Virus record (IMG/VR): IMGVR_UViG_3300022841_000001
Source of the DNA: an uncultured virus (IMG/VR IMGVR_UViG_3300022841_000001)
Lineage: Duplodnaviria; Heunggongvirae; Uroviricota; Caudoviricetes; Crassvirales
Strand: one strand, 5' to 3'
Length of the DNA: 64,000 nucleotides
Shown piece by piece: positions 10,322 through 19,291 of the stretch (positions are counted from its first letter, which is position 1; every line of letters begins with the position of its first letter). The position numbers and the translations under genes were made by a program. The notes beneath the pieces are model-generated. The model did not search any database and was not told where the DNA came from. It saw only the letters and a list, made by a program, of their open reading frames with translations.

Positions 10322-10615
10322 TTAATAACCACGTAACTCCACAAACTCCGTCCAACTTGCTTTACCTGCGTGCCTAACCCTCATAAAACCAGCCTTTCTT
10401 ATGTCTTCAATAAAAACCTTATCTACATCATCAGCATAGCGATTAAGTGTAATTAGATTATTATATAGCCTAGTAGAACAAATAGTTAGTTTATCCCATT
10501 TTAATATATTTGTTTTGTCAGAATTATCAATAAGTTTTTTATGGTTATCAAATATCTGTGCTTGGTACTCCTCTATGACGTCTAACGCATCATTGTATTC
10601 CTCTCTTGTTCTCAT
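10322..10615 (-). CDS. RNA polymerase alpha-CTD-like protein
   Basis: CSTRLYNNL...IEDI...FMRVRHAGKASWTEF parallels the alpha-CTD pattern LSVRxxNxL...xxxxNxGxKSLxE. Confidence 0.7.
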   Translation of the reverse strand: MRTREEYNDALDVIEEYQAQIFDNHKKLIDNSDKTNILKWDKLTICSTRLYNNLITLNRYADDVDKVFIEDIRKAGFMRVRHAGKASWTEFVELRGY

Positions 10616-10625
10616 ATATATTATT

Positions 10626-13046
10626 TTAAAAATCCATATCTAGTTCTCCGTTAGTCTCCAATTCGTGCTTGCTTCTGAACTGTATCCAGTTTCCAGGAGC
10701 ATCCCTTCCAATTTCAGGTTTGCATCCGTATTTGAATTTAGCATAAGCATCTAGAAACTTTCCGAACTTTGTATTTGAAATTGGTCTTGAACCGAAACGT
10801 TTCGCATCAGGACACGCCTCTAGAAAATCAAGAAATAGATAGTTTATGTAAATCTTTCTGCCTTTTCCAAGCATACTATTTTCATCCCTACCTTCTCCAA
10901 GGCCACACCAGTAAGCAAAATCATTATTAGTCCCCACCATAAACGCTTTTAGTTTTTGGTTTTTAAAATTTGCCTTAATTAATCCGTGCTTCATATAAAT
11001 TTGTAGACACGTAATCATATAATTATCAAATGCACACCACTCTTCATCATCCCACTCACCAAACATCAATCGACCTAAATCTATTAACGGAGTCATACCA
11101 TTCGTATAGAACTGTGATAATTCTAATTCCCATTTCCTTCTCTCAAACGATGACCCTTCTCCAGTAATTGCGTAATTTGTAGTTATTGCAACTTTTGGAG
11201 ACTTATCAAAAGGAATCTTTATGGCATCTTTATTTTTTTTCTCAAGGGTCAATCCTTCGGTAACCAATGAAAATAATCTCTCAAAATCAAAGAACTTTTT
11301 TACATCATCAAAGCATAATATTTGCGTGTCTGCTGAAACTAACTGGTAAGCAAAGCTCTTCTCAAAATTAAACGACTTACCATCAATAACAACAAGTTTC
11401 TTCATATGACCTAATGCACTCATAAATAATCCTTTACCAGTACCTCCTTCAGGATTGTCTGATATAACCTCATCATTTAATATCACTGCTGGTGAATAGG
11501 ATAGATTTTTCCAAGCGTGTAACATATAACCTATTGTACTTCTAAATGAATCTACAATAAGCTCATCCTTGTTAGATATGTTGAAGATAAATTTACCGTA
11601 ATCACACCCTTTAGTATCACAAACATTAAACTCCCTATCAATTACGTGGTCTTTCCAAACATACCCACCGAGATCTAAATAGTCAATTATTTTAACCTCT
11701 CCACGTTTTACTTGAACTGCTCCGTTTCTGTAGTATAGGTAAGCATTATCTTTGTCGTCTTCAATGAAGTGAACATCAGCAGAAGAAAGAAGTGTTAGAA
11801 ATTCATCTCTAAAAAACCTAGTGCTTTCAGCAAAGTAATTATAAATACTGTAGTCATCTAGCTTCAGCAGGTACTGTAAAACGAAGTCTTTTATTTCCTT
11901 GTCAGATGTGTGGTCTATCAAGTTATCTGTTACTTTTACAAACACAAAACTTTTACTTCCAGTTGGATTAAATTTGTGAAATCCATTAGTCTCTAGAAAC
12001 TCTTTGAAGAATATTGGTACTATTTTAACTACCCCTTTATCGCTTTTTGTCCAAAACTGGTATACTTTATTCGCCTGGTCTAATTGCTCAATCACTTTTT
12101 TAGCAGTCGAAGGGTCGACCTCTTCATCTTCCAGTTCTGATTGAATCTCTTTTTTTGACACTCCACGCTTTAATTTCATTCTAACATTCTGTACCTTCTC
12201 CTCATCCTCGTAGTACTTTGTTCCGAAATTTGCAGTTTTAGAGTAAGCGCTTTTTATTGTTCGCTTTATTTCTTCTGCAGTAAATGTTGAGTCTTGATAA
12301 TTGGTTAAAAATATGTTTTCAGCAAGCGAACTAGCTATACCAAAATCATTAAAAGCAGAGGCCAATACATATGTCTTAGTGTTTCTACTTCCTTCAACCC
12401 AAGGATACTTTTTAGTCCACCATTTTACCAGTATTTCAACAATCTTGTTTTCATCAGTAACTGGTATTGTTATTGTATCTATACTTTTCGTAATCTCTAC
12501 ATATTCTTCCTCCTCTATCTTGTCCCATAAACTTGACACTTCATTGATGTGTATTAATGGGTCGTAGGATTCATAGCAGACTCGTGAGACGTTTTTACAA
12601 GATTTATCAAAGTTGTCACTGTTGAAATGATTTTGAAGGCTTAGGAAGTAGTTTTTATGGTTATCTACGTCTTTAGGAATCTTGACCAGCGCTTTTAATC
12701 CATTCCCACTAGGTGAAACAAATACAGAGTATACAAATTTGTCCTTAGACAATCTCTGCTTCTCTTGCAACATCTCCTTGTTAGTCTTGTATTCATCAAA
12801 GTCTAAACAAATTAATCCACTGTGGTCTACTAGAGCATTGTCCGCTCTTTTACTAAATGTTCCACTGAAACAAATTGCTGGTAATTTTGCTTTTAATATA
12901 TTCCTAGATTCTTTATCCTTTTCTGTTCTGATTTTTTTTACAATATCTTTTGAGGCACCTTCTCTAATTCTTCCTAGTATTAATTTTACATCTCTATAGA
13001 AAGGTTGAGAGGTTTGTTTTATATCTTTAAAAATAGTGATATCCAT
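10626..13046 (-). CDS. Primase-helicase (BT4734/VirE-N-like primase domain, PriCT-like region, SF3-type helicase)
   Basis: KAKLPAICFSG, HSGLICLDFD, SPSGNGLK, RVCYESYDP; EGSRN; GGTGKG Walker A, FDD Walker B, ITTN. Confidence 0.9.
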   Translation of the reverse strand: MDITIFKDIKQTSQPFYRDVKLILGRIREGASKDIVKKIRTEKDKESRNILKAKLPAICFSGTFSKRADNALVDHSGLICLDFDEYKTNKEMLQEKQRLSKDKFVYSVFVSPSGNGLKALVKIPKDVDNHKNYFLSLQNHFNSDNFDKSCKNVSRVCYESYDPLIHINEVSSLWDKIEEEEYVEITKSIDTITIPVTDENKIVEILVKWWTKKYPWVEGSRNTKTYVLASAFNDFGIASSLAENIFLTNYQDSTFTAEEIKRTIKSAYSKTANFGTKYYEDEEKVQNVRMKLKRGVSKKEIQSELEDEEVDPSTAKKVIEQLDQANKVYQFWTKSDKGVVKIVPIFFKEFLETNGFHKFNPTGSKSFVFVKVTDNLIDHTSDKEIKDFVLQYLLKLDDYSIYNYFAESTRFFRDEFLTLLSSADVHFIEDDKDNAYLYYRNGAVQVKRGEVKIIDYLDLGGYVWKDHVIDREFNVCDTKGCDYGKFIFNISNKDELIVDSFRSTIGYMLHAWKNLSYSPAVILNDEVISDNPEGGTGKGLFMSALGHMKKLVVIDGKSFNFEKSFAYQLVSADTQILCFDDVKKFFDFERLFSLVTEGLTLEKKNKDAIKIPFDKSPKVAITTNYAITGEGSSFERRKWELELSQFYTNGMTPLIDLGRLMFGEWDDEEWCAFDNYMITCLQIYMKHGLIKANFKNQKLKAFMVGTNNDFAYWCGLGEGRDENSMLGKGRKIYINYLFLDFLEACPDAKRFGSRPISNTKFGKFLDAYAKFKYGCKPEIGRDAPGNWIQFRSKHELETNGELDMDF

Positions 13047-13069
13047 TGTATGTTGGTTATTTATTAATT

Positions 13070-13236
13070 TGTGTTGATTTTAAAATGCTAATTACCTATA
13101 GTATAACCACTTAATGTATTCTATGTTAATAATGTTGATTTTTTGTCAAAATAATGCAGTTGATTTTAACTATTAAGCTTACTATATATGGTAAATACTT
13201 TTTTTAAAAAACTGAAAAAACGAACATAATCAACAT
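13070..13236. other. Putative replication origin element A
   Basis: ATGTTAATAATGTTGATTTTT arm, AT-rich spacer, inverted AACATAATCAACAT arm; directly upstream of the primase gene; paralogue at 24229-24343. Confidence 0.5.
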
Positions 13237-13263
13237 AATCGCTCTTTTTAGCACAGTTTTTAG

Positions 13264-13288
13264 AAAAAGAAAGGGGCGTAAGCCCCTT
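13264..13288 (-). terminator. Intrinsic terminator after the SSB gene
   Basis: AAGGGGC-N4-GCCCCTT hairpin followed by TCTTTTT on the minus strand. Confidence 0.75.
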
Positions 13289-13310
13289 GTCTTCATTTTT
13301 TTAGTTCAGC

Positions 13311-13538
13311 CTAGAAGTCATCGTCCTTCTTTTCTTTAGCTTCCCAAGTATCTAATTCTAAATATGGTTTCCCATTCTTAGACATTAATACATTCATATT
13401 GACCCAGCCATTTTTGGCATTGTCATTTAAAAATTTTGTTGCCTCTTCTACTTTACAACTTAAGTTACCAATTACGAATTCAGGTGCATCGTCTCTTCTT
13501 TTCCAAGAGAATCCGTCTGCAAAAATTTTGTCTGCCAT
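13311..13538 (-). CDS. Small single-stranded DNA-binding protein (probable)
   Basis: Short beta-rich protein with acidic DDDF tail, downstream of the Sak3 and exonuclease genes. Confidence 0.6.
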   Translation of the reverse strand: MADKIFADGFSWKRRDDAPEFVIGNLSCKVEEATKFLNDNAKNGWVNMNVLMSKNGKPYLELDTWEAKEKKDDDF

Positions 13539-13539
13539 T

Positions 13540-13722
13540 TTACTTATTTTTAATTATTATTTTTTGTTCCAATAGATTAATTGTAGAGTATATTATTTGA
13601 TTCCTTTCCTCTACGGATTTACAAGATAGTGGAAACTCTATACTTATAGTCCTTTCCTTCTTTGATAGACTCTTTTTAAAGAGTTTGCCTATGTATGTAA
13701 TTAAAGATGTCTTCTGTTGCAT
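13540..13722 (-). CDS. Hypothetical protein (start uncertain)
   Basis: Fills the gap in the operon. Confidence 0.45.
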   Translation of the reverse strand: MQQKTSLITYIGKLFKKSLSKKERTISIEFPLSCKSVEERNQIIYSTINLLEQKIIIKNK

Positions 13723-14413
13723 TGTCGCTAAAAAATTTATGATAAATCTCCATTGCTTTCTCTACTTTGTTTTGCCCACTCTCTAAGAAACTTGGTGAGC
13801 ATTCAAATATTCCTAACTTACCAGTAGCTTTGTCTATAACAAAGAATACAAGGGGTTTTCCGAATAATCTTTGGTAGATGTATGCTTGGCTATCATAGTT
13901 GTAAGTTTTAGCGCTATACATAAACTTGTCGATATCTGAGGTGGTTTTGATGTCAATTATAAGGTTATGCTTATGGTTTATGATATCACTCTTACCTTTC
14001 CAGTCCAGTCCCATTATGTTTTGGACGGCAGGAACTTCAAACTCATTACCTTCAGCGTAGATGTATTCACACATCTCCATATTAGAAGACATAATATCAC
14101 ACAAGTGGTCTAAGTTCTGTTTTTCCTTCAGTAGTAAAACTATCTCCCCTTCAGGGCAGGCATCTTTATACTTTTTAGTAGCACGAGTTGATGCATCGAT
14201 TACATCATACTGGTCTAGCTTGTGTGGCTCCAGCATTTTAGTATGGAAGTAACCACCTTCTAACATAGGTTTCGTTTTCTCTTGAGGAATCCTAAACTGG
14301 GTAGGATTCTTTAGTAGATTATAAAGGTCTGAGTTTGATAGATACTGTCTACCAAACTGTCCATAGTAATCTTTGTCATCTCTTAGTCTTTCAAGGACTT
14401 CAGCATTATTCAT
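13676..14413 (-). CDS. PD-(D/E)XK exonuclease (RecE/DUF3799-like)
   Basis: LSNSD, G-x-x-FH-x-x-x-LEP, KGKSD, DIKTT and YDSQAYIY motifs. Confidence 0.88.
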   Translation of the reverse strand: MNNAEVLERLRDDKDYYGQFGRQYLSNSDLYNLLKNPTQFRIPQEKTKPMLEGGYFHTKMLEPHKLDQYDVIDASTRATKKYKDACPEGEIVLLLKEKQNLDHLCDIMSSNMEMCEYIYAEGNEFEVPAVQNIMGLDWKGKSDIINHKHNLIIDIKTTSDIDKFMYSAKTYNYDSQAYIYQRLFGKPLVFFVIDKATGKLGIFECSPSFLESGQNKVEKAMEIYHKFFSDNATEDIFNYIHRQTL

Positions 14414-15092
14414 TTGGCGTATCTTTTAAGTCAACTGCCTTCTGAAGTTCAGTCTTAATCGTCTCCTTTATATCGTACTTTGTGCCAAGAGTTTTAAGGA
14501 TTGTAGGCAAGCCTTTCTCTTTATGTCTAGCAACATAGCTAAGTACTGTCACCCAGTTTGCGTCACCGATATCTAAGGTTAAGAACTTTGGTTCTTTCTT
14601 ATCCACCTTTGCAATAGAGGTAGCCTCAGCCTTCTCATTCACTTTAGACTCTGTCTCATTCTCAGGTAAATCTTCACCTGCGTAGATGTAGATACCTAAT
14701 CCAAACATAGCTAAGTTTTTCACCATACATCTCATTAAGGTTTTGTTTATGTCAATCGTTGTAGCCGACTCAACATCCTTCTCACCGTACTTTGTCTTGT
14801 ACTTGTAAGGAGCTTTCTTCATAGACTTGTTTGCTCCGTTCATTACTGGAAGCCACATTTCTAAGGTCTCACCCTCGATAGTTACGGCACTGTGGCACAT
14901 AAATCCTAAAGCCTCATCATAGGTTGTTTCACCCATCTTGTATGTAGCATCAGGACACGCCTTTTTTACTTCAGACCAAGCCCAAGCCCAAGATAGGTAG
15001 GTAAGTCCTGATTTCTTCTCCGTTTTAGCGTTGACATTAATCGCTGACAATTTTTCGAAGGTCGTCAGTTCCTTTTCTTTAGTGTTTCCCAT
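14406..15092 (-). CDS. Sak3/DUF1071-type ssDNA-annealing recombinase
   Basis: LTYLSWAWAW, MWLPVM, INKTLMRCMVKNLAMFGLGIYIYAGEDLP. Confidence 0.9.
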   Translation of the reverse strand: MGNTKEKELTTFEKLSAINVNAKTEKKSGLTYLSWAWAWSEVKKACPDATYKMGETTYDEALGFMCHSAVTIEGETLEMWLPVMNGANKSMKKAPYKYKTKYGEKDVESATTIDINKTLMRCMVKNLAMFGLGIYIYAGEDLPENETESKVNEKAEATSIAKVDKKEPKFLTLDIGDANWVTVLSYVARHKEKGLPTILKTLGTKYDIKETIKTELQKAVDLKDTPNE

Positions 15093-15119
15093 TTGATTTA
15101 ATTTAACTTGATTACTAAT

Positions 15120-15503
15120 TTATTTTAATTTCAATTTATAAGATGCATACTTCAAAAGTACCTCATCCCTTTTCTTTTTTAGATTCTTAATATGCTTATC
15201 ATTTTTTCTAGTATTGACTTCAGTCTTAATACTATCCTCGATAAGATTTAGCTTGTGCAGGCAGTTTTCTATAGAAATAAACAAACAACCTTTTCGCCAT
15301 CCGTTCCTGCAGAATATATTATACTCCTCATCACTACACTCTTTGTAATACATACCTCCTTTGTTGGTATTTAAGATCTCAATACGGTCTCTGAATTTTT
15401 GAATTTTAATACCCATACCTATAACGCTATGCGATTTATCATCCTTCGAGTGTGTTTTATTTAAAGCTATTGCCTCATTAAAAACATCATCTAAAGTACG
15501 CAT
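15120..15503 (-). CDS. Hypothetical protein
   Basis: ORF in the operon. Confidence 0.7.
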   Translation of the reverse strand: MRTLDDVFNEAIALNKTHSKDDKSHSVIGMGIKIQKFRDRIEILNTNKGGMYYKECSDEEYNIFCRNGWRKGCLFISIENCLHKLNLIEDSIKTEVNTRKNDKHIKNLKKKRDEVLLKYASYKLKLK

Positions 15504-15504
15504 A

Positions 15505-15798
15505 TTATTCGTTGGTTATTTCTTGAACCAACCTCTTGTAGTCCGAATCAGAATCAATCATTTTCTTTGCTTTGTTATACCCATACTTTATAGTAGTACG
15601 GTAAACTTTTAATCCATTGTCCAGCATAAATTGTGATATGTGGCTTATTTTAATTGGTCTTTCTACACATAAGTAGTATAAGAAATATCTTGCATCCACT
15701 ACATTTTCGTGATTGTCTTTGGTGTACATCTCTTCAAGTGTAATTGAGAATTTTATCGATACGGCTTTTGCGTATTTTTCGAATATGCTTCTTTTCAT
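15505..15798 (-). CDS. DnaA C-terminal (domain IV)-like HTH protein
   Basis: VSIKFSITLEEM...VVDARYFLYYL...ISHISQF...RTTIKYGYNK matches the DnaA_C pattern. Confidence 0.75.
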   Translation of the reverse strand: MKRSIFEKYAKAVSIKFSITLEEMYTKDNHENVVDARYFLYYLCVERPIKISHISQFMLDNGLKVYRTTIKYGYNKAKKMIDSDSDYKRLVQEITNE

Positions 15799-15914
15799 TA
15801 TGTTATATATTTAGTCTTATTTGTATCCAGTGTACTACTCATTGTCCATTCAGGTATGCCTCCACTGGGAGTTGTTACCCATTGATTTTGCCAGTCCTCT
15901 CTTGAAATTGTCAT
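15798..15914 (-). CDS. 38-aa hypothetical protein (start MTISRED)
   Basis: ATG at 15914 with an A-rich leader, downstream of the terminator; TAATG coupling to the next gene. Confidence 0.5.
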   Translation of the reverse strand: MTISREDWQNQWVTTPSGGIPEWTMSSTLDTNKTKYIT

Positions 15915-15935
15915 TGTATTATTGATTTGTATCAC

Positions 15936-15962
15936 AAAAACCCCCACACTTTCGTATGGAGG
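15936..15962 (-). terminator. Intrinsic terminator or attenuator
   Basis: CCTCCATAC-GAAA-GTGTGGGGG-TTTTT: 9-bp stem with two G-U pairs, GNRA loop and U tract. Confidence 0.8.
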
Positions 15963-15969
15963 CGGTTGC

Positions 15970-15992
15970 TTGAGAATCAACTACAATTCAAC
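15970..15992 (-). ncRNA. Candidate antisense seed hairpin in a 3' UTR, complementary to the early-gene initiation motif
   Basis: GAAUU-GUAGUU-GAUUC hairpin; AAUUGUAGUUGAUU is complementary to AAUYAACUACAAU upstream of several early start codons. Confidence 0.45.
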
Positions 15993-16154
15993 TTATATTC
16001 CTAGTGGATATTCATCCTCGTCCTCTTCTTCACTGGTAGTTGTATCCTGAGTTGAGTTACTATTACTTTGCTCATTCAGGTCTATGCTCATTGCTTGAAG
16101 AGCCTTGTTTGCTGGGTTGAGTCCTATGAAAAACTCCTTTAAATTGTCGTGCAT
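15993..16154 (-). CDS. 53-aa acidic protein (not in ORF track)
   Basis: MHDNLKEFFIGLNPANKALQAMSIDLNEQSNSNSTQDTTTSEEEDEDEYPLGI directly downstream of a promoter. Confidence 0.6.
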   Translation of the reverse strand: MHDNLKEFFIGLNPANKALQAMSIDLNEQSNSNSTQDTTTSEEEDEDEYPLGI

Positions 16155-16186
16155 AATTTAGTTAAAATTTGATTATATTTCGTTCA

Positions 16187-16216
16187 CAAATATAGTATAA
16201 AATATACATAATACAA
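16187..16216 (-). promoter_or_regulatory. Bacteroidota sigma70-type promoter (middle/replication genes)
   Basis: TTG-N19-TATATTTG, matching the -33/-7 consensus TTG...TAnnTTTG. Confidence 0.8.
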
Positions 16217-16224
16217 GTATAACT

Positions 16225-16812
16225 CTATGAATTTATTTTATTAATAGCATCAACTAGCTCTTGAAGATGTCCTTTGGATGCATACTTATGCTCCTCTCGA
16301 ATCTGCTCAAGCTCTTCTTTTTCACACCCTTCATAGTTATATGATAGGTTTTCCATCCAGTTACTCACATCGCTTTCGTAGTAGTATTCGTGTGCCGTCA
16401 TTTCTCTATGTAAAACAATGCCTTTGTGACCAATAGAAACAAATCCTGCAAAATCCATACCTGATTCTTCATACTCCATTTCTGCAGTCAGTTTGTATTT
16501 CTTACAAATTGCCTCTATTAGTTTTATTGGTGGCGACCAAGCCGAATCTCCTGAGACAATCATATCCTCGTCCCTGAAATAATCTCTTTCGTGAATCTCA
16601 AAATCCCACCACTTCGTGCCATAGTCGTATGGCTCAGCCAACCTGACTGAAGCAAGCCAAGCCTTATTATCAATCTCTGACAAGTCCAGAACAAAATCTC
16701 CAAACTCTGTAAAATAATTGACGTCATCATACTTGTCAAATTTATCTTGTAACTTTCTTAGCGATTCGTTGCTCCCATCGAAGCACACGTAATTATAACA
16801 ATTGTTTGCCAT
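16225..16812 (-). CDS. DUF1281/YubB ferredoxin-like protein
   Basis: MANxCYN, YGTKW, DSAWSPP and YEESGMDFAG motifs. Confidence 0.75.
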   Translation of the reverse strand: MANNCYNYVCFDGSNESLRKLQDKFDKYDDVNYFTEFGDFVLDLSEIDNKAWLASVRLAEPYDYGTKWWDFEIHERDYFRDEDMIVSGDSAWSPPIKLIEAICKKYKLTAEMEYEESGMDFAGFVSIGHKGIVLHREMTAHEYYYESDVSNWMENLSYNYEGCEKEELEQIREEHKYASKGHLQELVDAINKINS

Positions 16813-16813
16813 C

Positions 16814-17275
16814 TTATTTGTTTTTAGTAACTATTAATTCAATCTCTTTATCTCTAATAACTAACCTATTTCCCTCCTCTAGCTCGTCTAAGGAATCTTT
16901 TATATCATCATAACTGTGACAGTCTTTAATAAAATAGAAGTCCATCAGGTACTCTATTGTATCGTATATGTCTAAATCTTCTTCAGTGTTCGTGTATGAC
17001 TTGTTTGCTATGTGTTCACCAGTCTGTTTGAATTTGACATCAAACGTTTCCTCGGTGCTTTTAAGTTCCATTAAGTTTTCTGAAATGTCACGTATTGCAA
17101 ACCAAACTGCATCCATTGTGCTTTCGCAGGTTAAAGCAACGTGTAAAATGCTTTCTGCCTGCTCCTTGGTACATTTGTAATTATCCTGCACATCTTTGAG
17201 ATGCCATAAACCCTCAACATAGTACCCTTTGCTTTCTAAAAATTTCTTTGCACTTTCTTCTGTAATTTCACTCAT
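16814..17275 (-). CDS. Hypothetical early protein (acidic)
   Basis: Start preceded by AACTACA. Confidence 0.75.
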   Translation of the reverse strand: MSEITEESAKKFLESKGYYVEGLWHLKDVQDNYKCTKEQAESILHVALTCESTMDAVWFAIRDISENLMELKSTEETFDVKFKQTGEHIANKSYTNTEEDLDIYDTIEYLMDFYFIKDCHSYDDIKDSLDELEEGNRLVIRDKEIELIVTKNK

Positions 17276-17307
17276 TGTAGTTAATTTAAATTATTGACTT
17301 ATTGTCG

Positions 17308-17348
17308 TGGATAGGGAGGAATCGAACCTCCCAAGCACCTTGCTACCC
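17308..17348 (-). ncRNA. Mini tRNA-like element 1 (acceptor stem plus T-arm, no anticodon arm)
   Basis: GGGTAG-CAAGGTGCTTG-GGAGG-TTCGATT-CCTCC-CTATCC-A. Confidence 0.8.
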
Positions 17349-17349
17349 T

Positions 17350-17541
17350 TTACTTTCTAGCTTTTGCTAGTGACCTATTGACTAAAGCAATCAAGTCATA
17401 CAAGTGATGTTTCTCATCACTTCCTATTCGCTGACTCCAAGAGAGCATACCTTTAAGGTCGTGTCTCAATTCATTCAGGTCGCCAACAATCATCTTCATA
17501 GTTCTATTGGTCTTATCTAACTCCGCCTTCACGTCCTGCAT
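17350..17541 (-). CDS. Hypothetical early protein
   Basis: Packed ORF. Confidence 0.65.
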   Translation of the reverse strand: MQDVKAELDKTNRTMKMIVGDLNELRHDLKGMLSWSQRIGSDEKHHLYDLIALVNRSLAKARK

Positions 17542-17544
17542 ACC

Positions 17545-17811
17545 TTAAGAATTTAGGTGGTTATTGTTTACTATGTAAATCTCAGTCTCTACGCTCTGCG
17601 TTGATGAGTTCCATTCCTGAATAATCAGGTCGTAGTTCAGGTGCTTTGCATTGCAGGAAACTAGCAGGTCGTTCAGTTCATCCATTTCAGTTAGACGGAA
17701 ACTTCTATCTGTTGGTATCCTATCTCTTACTCCTCTCCTATCGTCACAACGAAATTCGTAGTAAACCTTGTTACTTGATATTAACTCTAAAATACTTCTT
17801 GGTGTTGCCAT
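17545..17811 (-). CDS. Hypothetical early protein
   Basis: Packed ORF. Confidence 0.7.
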   Translation of the reverse strand: MATPRSILELISSNKVYYEFRCDDRRGVRDRIPTDRSFRLTEMDELNDLLVSCNAKHLNYDLIIQEWNSSTQSVETEIYIVNNNHLNS

Positions 17812-17813
17812 AA

Positions 17814-17930
17814 TTATCTGTTTTTTAACTCTGTTTGTAATTGGTCTACTAGCTCCCTAGCGACATCTAACTCCTTCGGCTCTAAATGAAATCCATTTAG
17901 TAATTGCGTTATTATTTGTAAATCTTTCAT
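17814..17930 (-). CDS. 38-aa hypothetical protein (start MKDLQII)
   Basis: ATG at 17930 follows the upstream stop; the longer track ORF overlaps its neighbour. Confidence 0.55.
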   Translation of the reverse strand: MKDLQIITQLLNGFHLEPKELDVARELVDQLQTELKNR

Positions 17931-17934
17931 AGTT

Positions 17935-18312
17935 TTATCCGTATATAACTTCGCCAAAAATAACACACTGCAATACGCAGTCTGCATCAAAAGCATCGTC
18001 TCGTTCATTAATAATATTAAACAATGTATCCGGGTCGACTTTCGGGACTCCGGTAAGAACACTTTCTAAAACTATTTTAGTGAAATCATCATCACCAGCC
18101 TCCTCGTCCACAAAAGACAATGAATTACCGTCAAGCAGGATTTGCATCAGGACATCTTCATAACACCCATCCATCACTTTATCTTTAGCTGATTTGTAGT
18201 CTTCCATTTCGTACACTAGTCCTATACCGTAATAATGCATCTGAGACAGTCCATTGCATAATGAAGTGTGAAATACTCCTAAAATTTCTTCTCTTGTTAA
18301 TTTGATTTCCAT
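17935..18312 (-). CDS. Hypothetical early protein
   Basis: C-terminal DAFDADCVLQCVIFGEVIYG pattern recognised from phage early proteins. Confidence 0.75.
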   Translation of the reverse strand: MEIKLTREEILGVFHTSLCNGLSQMHYYGIGLVYEMEDYKSAKDKVMDGCYEDVLMQILLDGNSLSFVDEEAGDDDFTKIVLESVLTGVPKVDPDTLFNIINERDDAFDADCVLQCVIFGEVIYG

Positions 18313-18319
18313 AATTTAT

Positions 18320-18727
18320 TTATAAGTGTGTTAAACATTGATTGCAAAACGAAAAATCGTCTTGGTTATGCGTGTTAATACTTCCACATTTGTGGCATTT
18401 GTGACCCTCTTCCATAGAGACATCACAGTAGTAATCTCTGTTGATTATCTCGATAGCTAGATGCTCGATATAAATATCACTCATACTCTGTTCCGTCTCT
18501 AGCCAAATGTCACCATCTCGCTCAAGTAAGAATCTCTGAATAATATTATCCTCGTTTATCTCTGTAGCTATTTCCTCTATAGCTTCAGTAGACTGGATGT
18601 TGTCCAAGGGCATTGTTTGGCTAGGCATTCTTACCCTTGTGCGCTCCCAAGCTCTTGCACTATGTATCAAAATGATGTTGTAAATTTCTCTATCAAAATA
18701 CAACCGTGTTTCTAAATCTATTTCCAT
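18320..18727 (-). CDS. Hypothetical protein with C-terminal Zn ribbon
   Basis: CHKC...CNQC. Confidence 0.7.
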   Translation of the reverse strand: MEIDLETRLYFDREIYNIILIHSARAWERTRVRMPSQTMPLDNIQSTEAIEEIATEINEDNIIQRFLLERDGDIWLETEQSMSDIYIEHLAIEIINRDYYCDVSMEEGHKCHKCGSINTHNQDDFSFCNQCLTHL

Positions 18728-18729
18728 AT

Positions 18730-18960
18730 CTAATTGTGTTTATTTTCCTGAGCATACTCATATAACGCATCCATAAAAGAGTCTTCTAGTAAGTCCATAT
18801 AGAATCTAGTAATATCCATTCCATCCAGCATAACACTGGTCACCTCTAATTCATCTTCAGGAGGTGCAAATCTGTCCTCGTCATTCCATTCGTAATCGTA
18901 TTCAATGATTAACTCGTATCCAAACGGCTCTCCTACTGTGTAAATTCCTTTTGTCTTCAT
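18730..18960 (-). CDS. Small acidic early protein
   Basis: Packed ORF, very acidic. Confidence 0.7.
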   Translation of the reverse strand: MKTKGIYTVGEPFGYELIIEYDYEWNDEDRFAPPEDELEVTSVMLDGMDITRFYMDLLEDSFMDALYEYAQENKHN

Positions 18961-18971
18961 ATCTATCTTTT

Positions 18972-19205
18972 TTAATGGTTAAACATATCTTCCCAGCCAT
19001 CTACTCCTTGTGATACTCCTCCAGCTCTGCTGGGGAATTCTCTTTGAATATAGTCTGTCACATAATACTCTTGGTCTGTAAATGACTCACTTAAATCTGT
19101 GCAGTACTCATCAGCATCTTCTCTTGTTGAAAATCCATCCTGATTCATCTCACCTTGTCCGTGGTTATTGACCCACATTACCTTGTACATTGTTGTTCTC
19201 TTCAT
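18972..19205 (-). CDS. Small acidic early protein
   Basis: Start preceded by AATCAACTACA. Confidence 0.7.
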   Translation of the reverse strand: MKRTTMYKVMWVNNHGQGEMNQDGFSTREDADEYCTDLSESFTDQEYYVTDYIQREFPSRAGGVSQGVDGWEDMFNH

Positions 19206-19242
19206 TGTAGTTGATTTTAATCTCTGCCAAAATCGGCATTGT

Positions 19243-19283
19243 TGCTGGAGGAGGAATCGAACCTCTTTACATCCAATCCAGCA
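19243..19283 (-). ncRNA. Mini tRNA-like element 2
   Basis: (T)GCTGGA-TTGGATGTAA-AGAGG-TTCGATT-CCTCC-TCCAGC-A. Confidence 0.8.
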
Positions 19284-19291
19284 TTGGGTAT

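Noticed and set aside
15915..15980. TTG-start extension of ORF 15798-15980
   Set aside because: Runs through a terminator hairpin; ATG at 15914 has a better context
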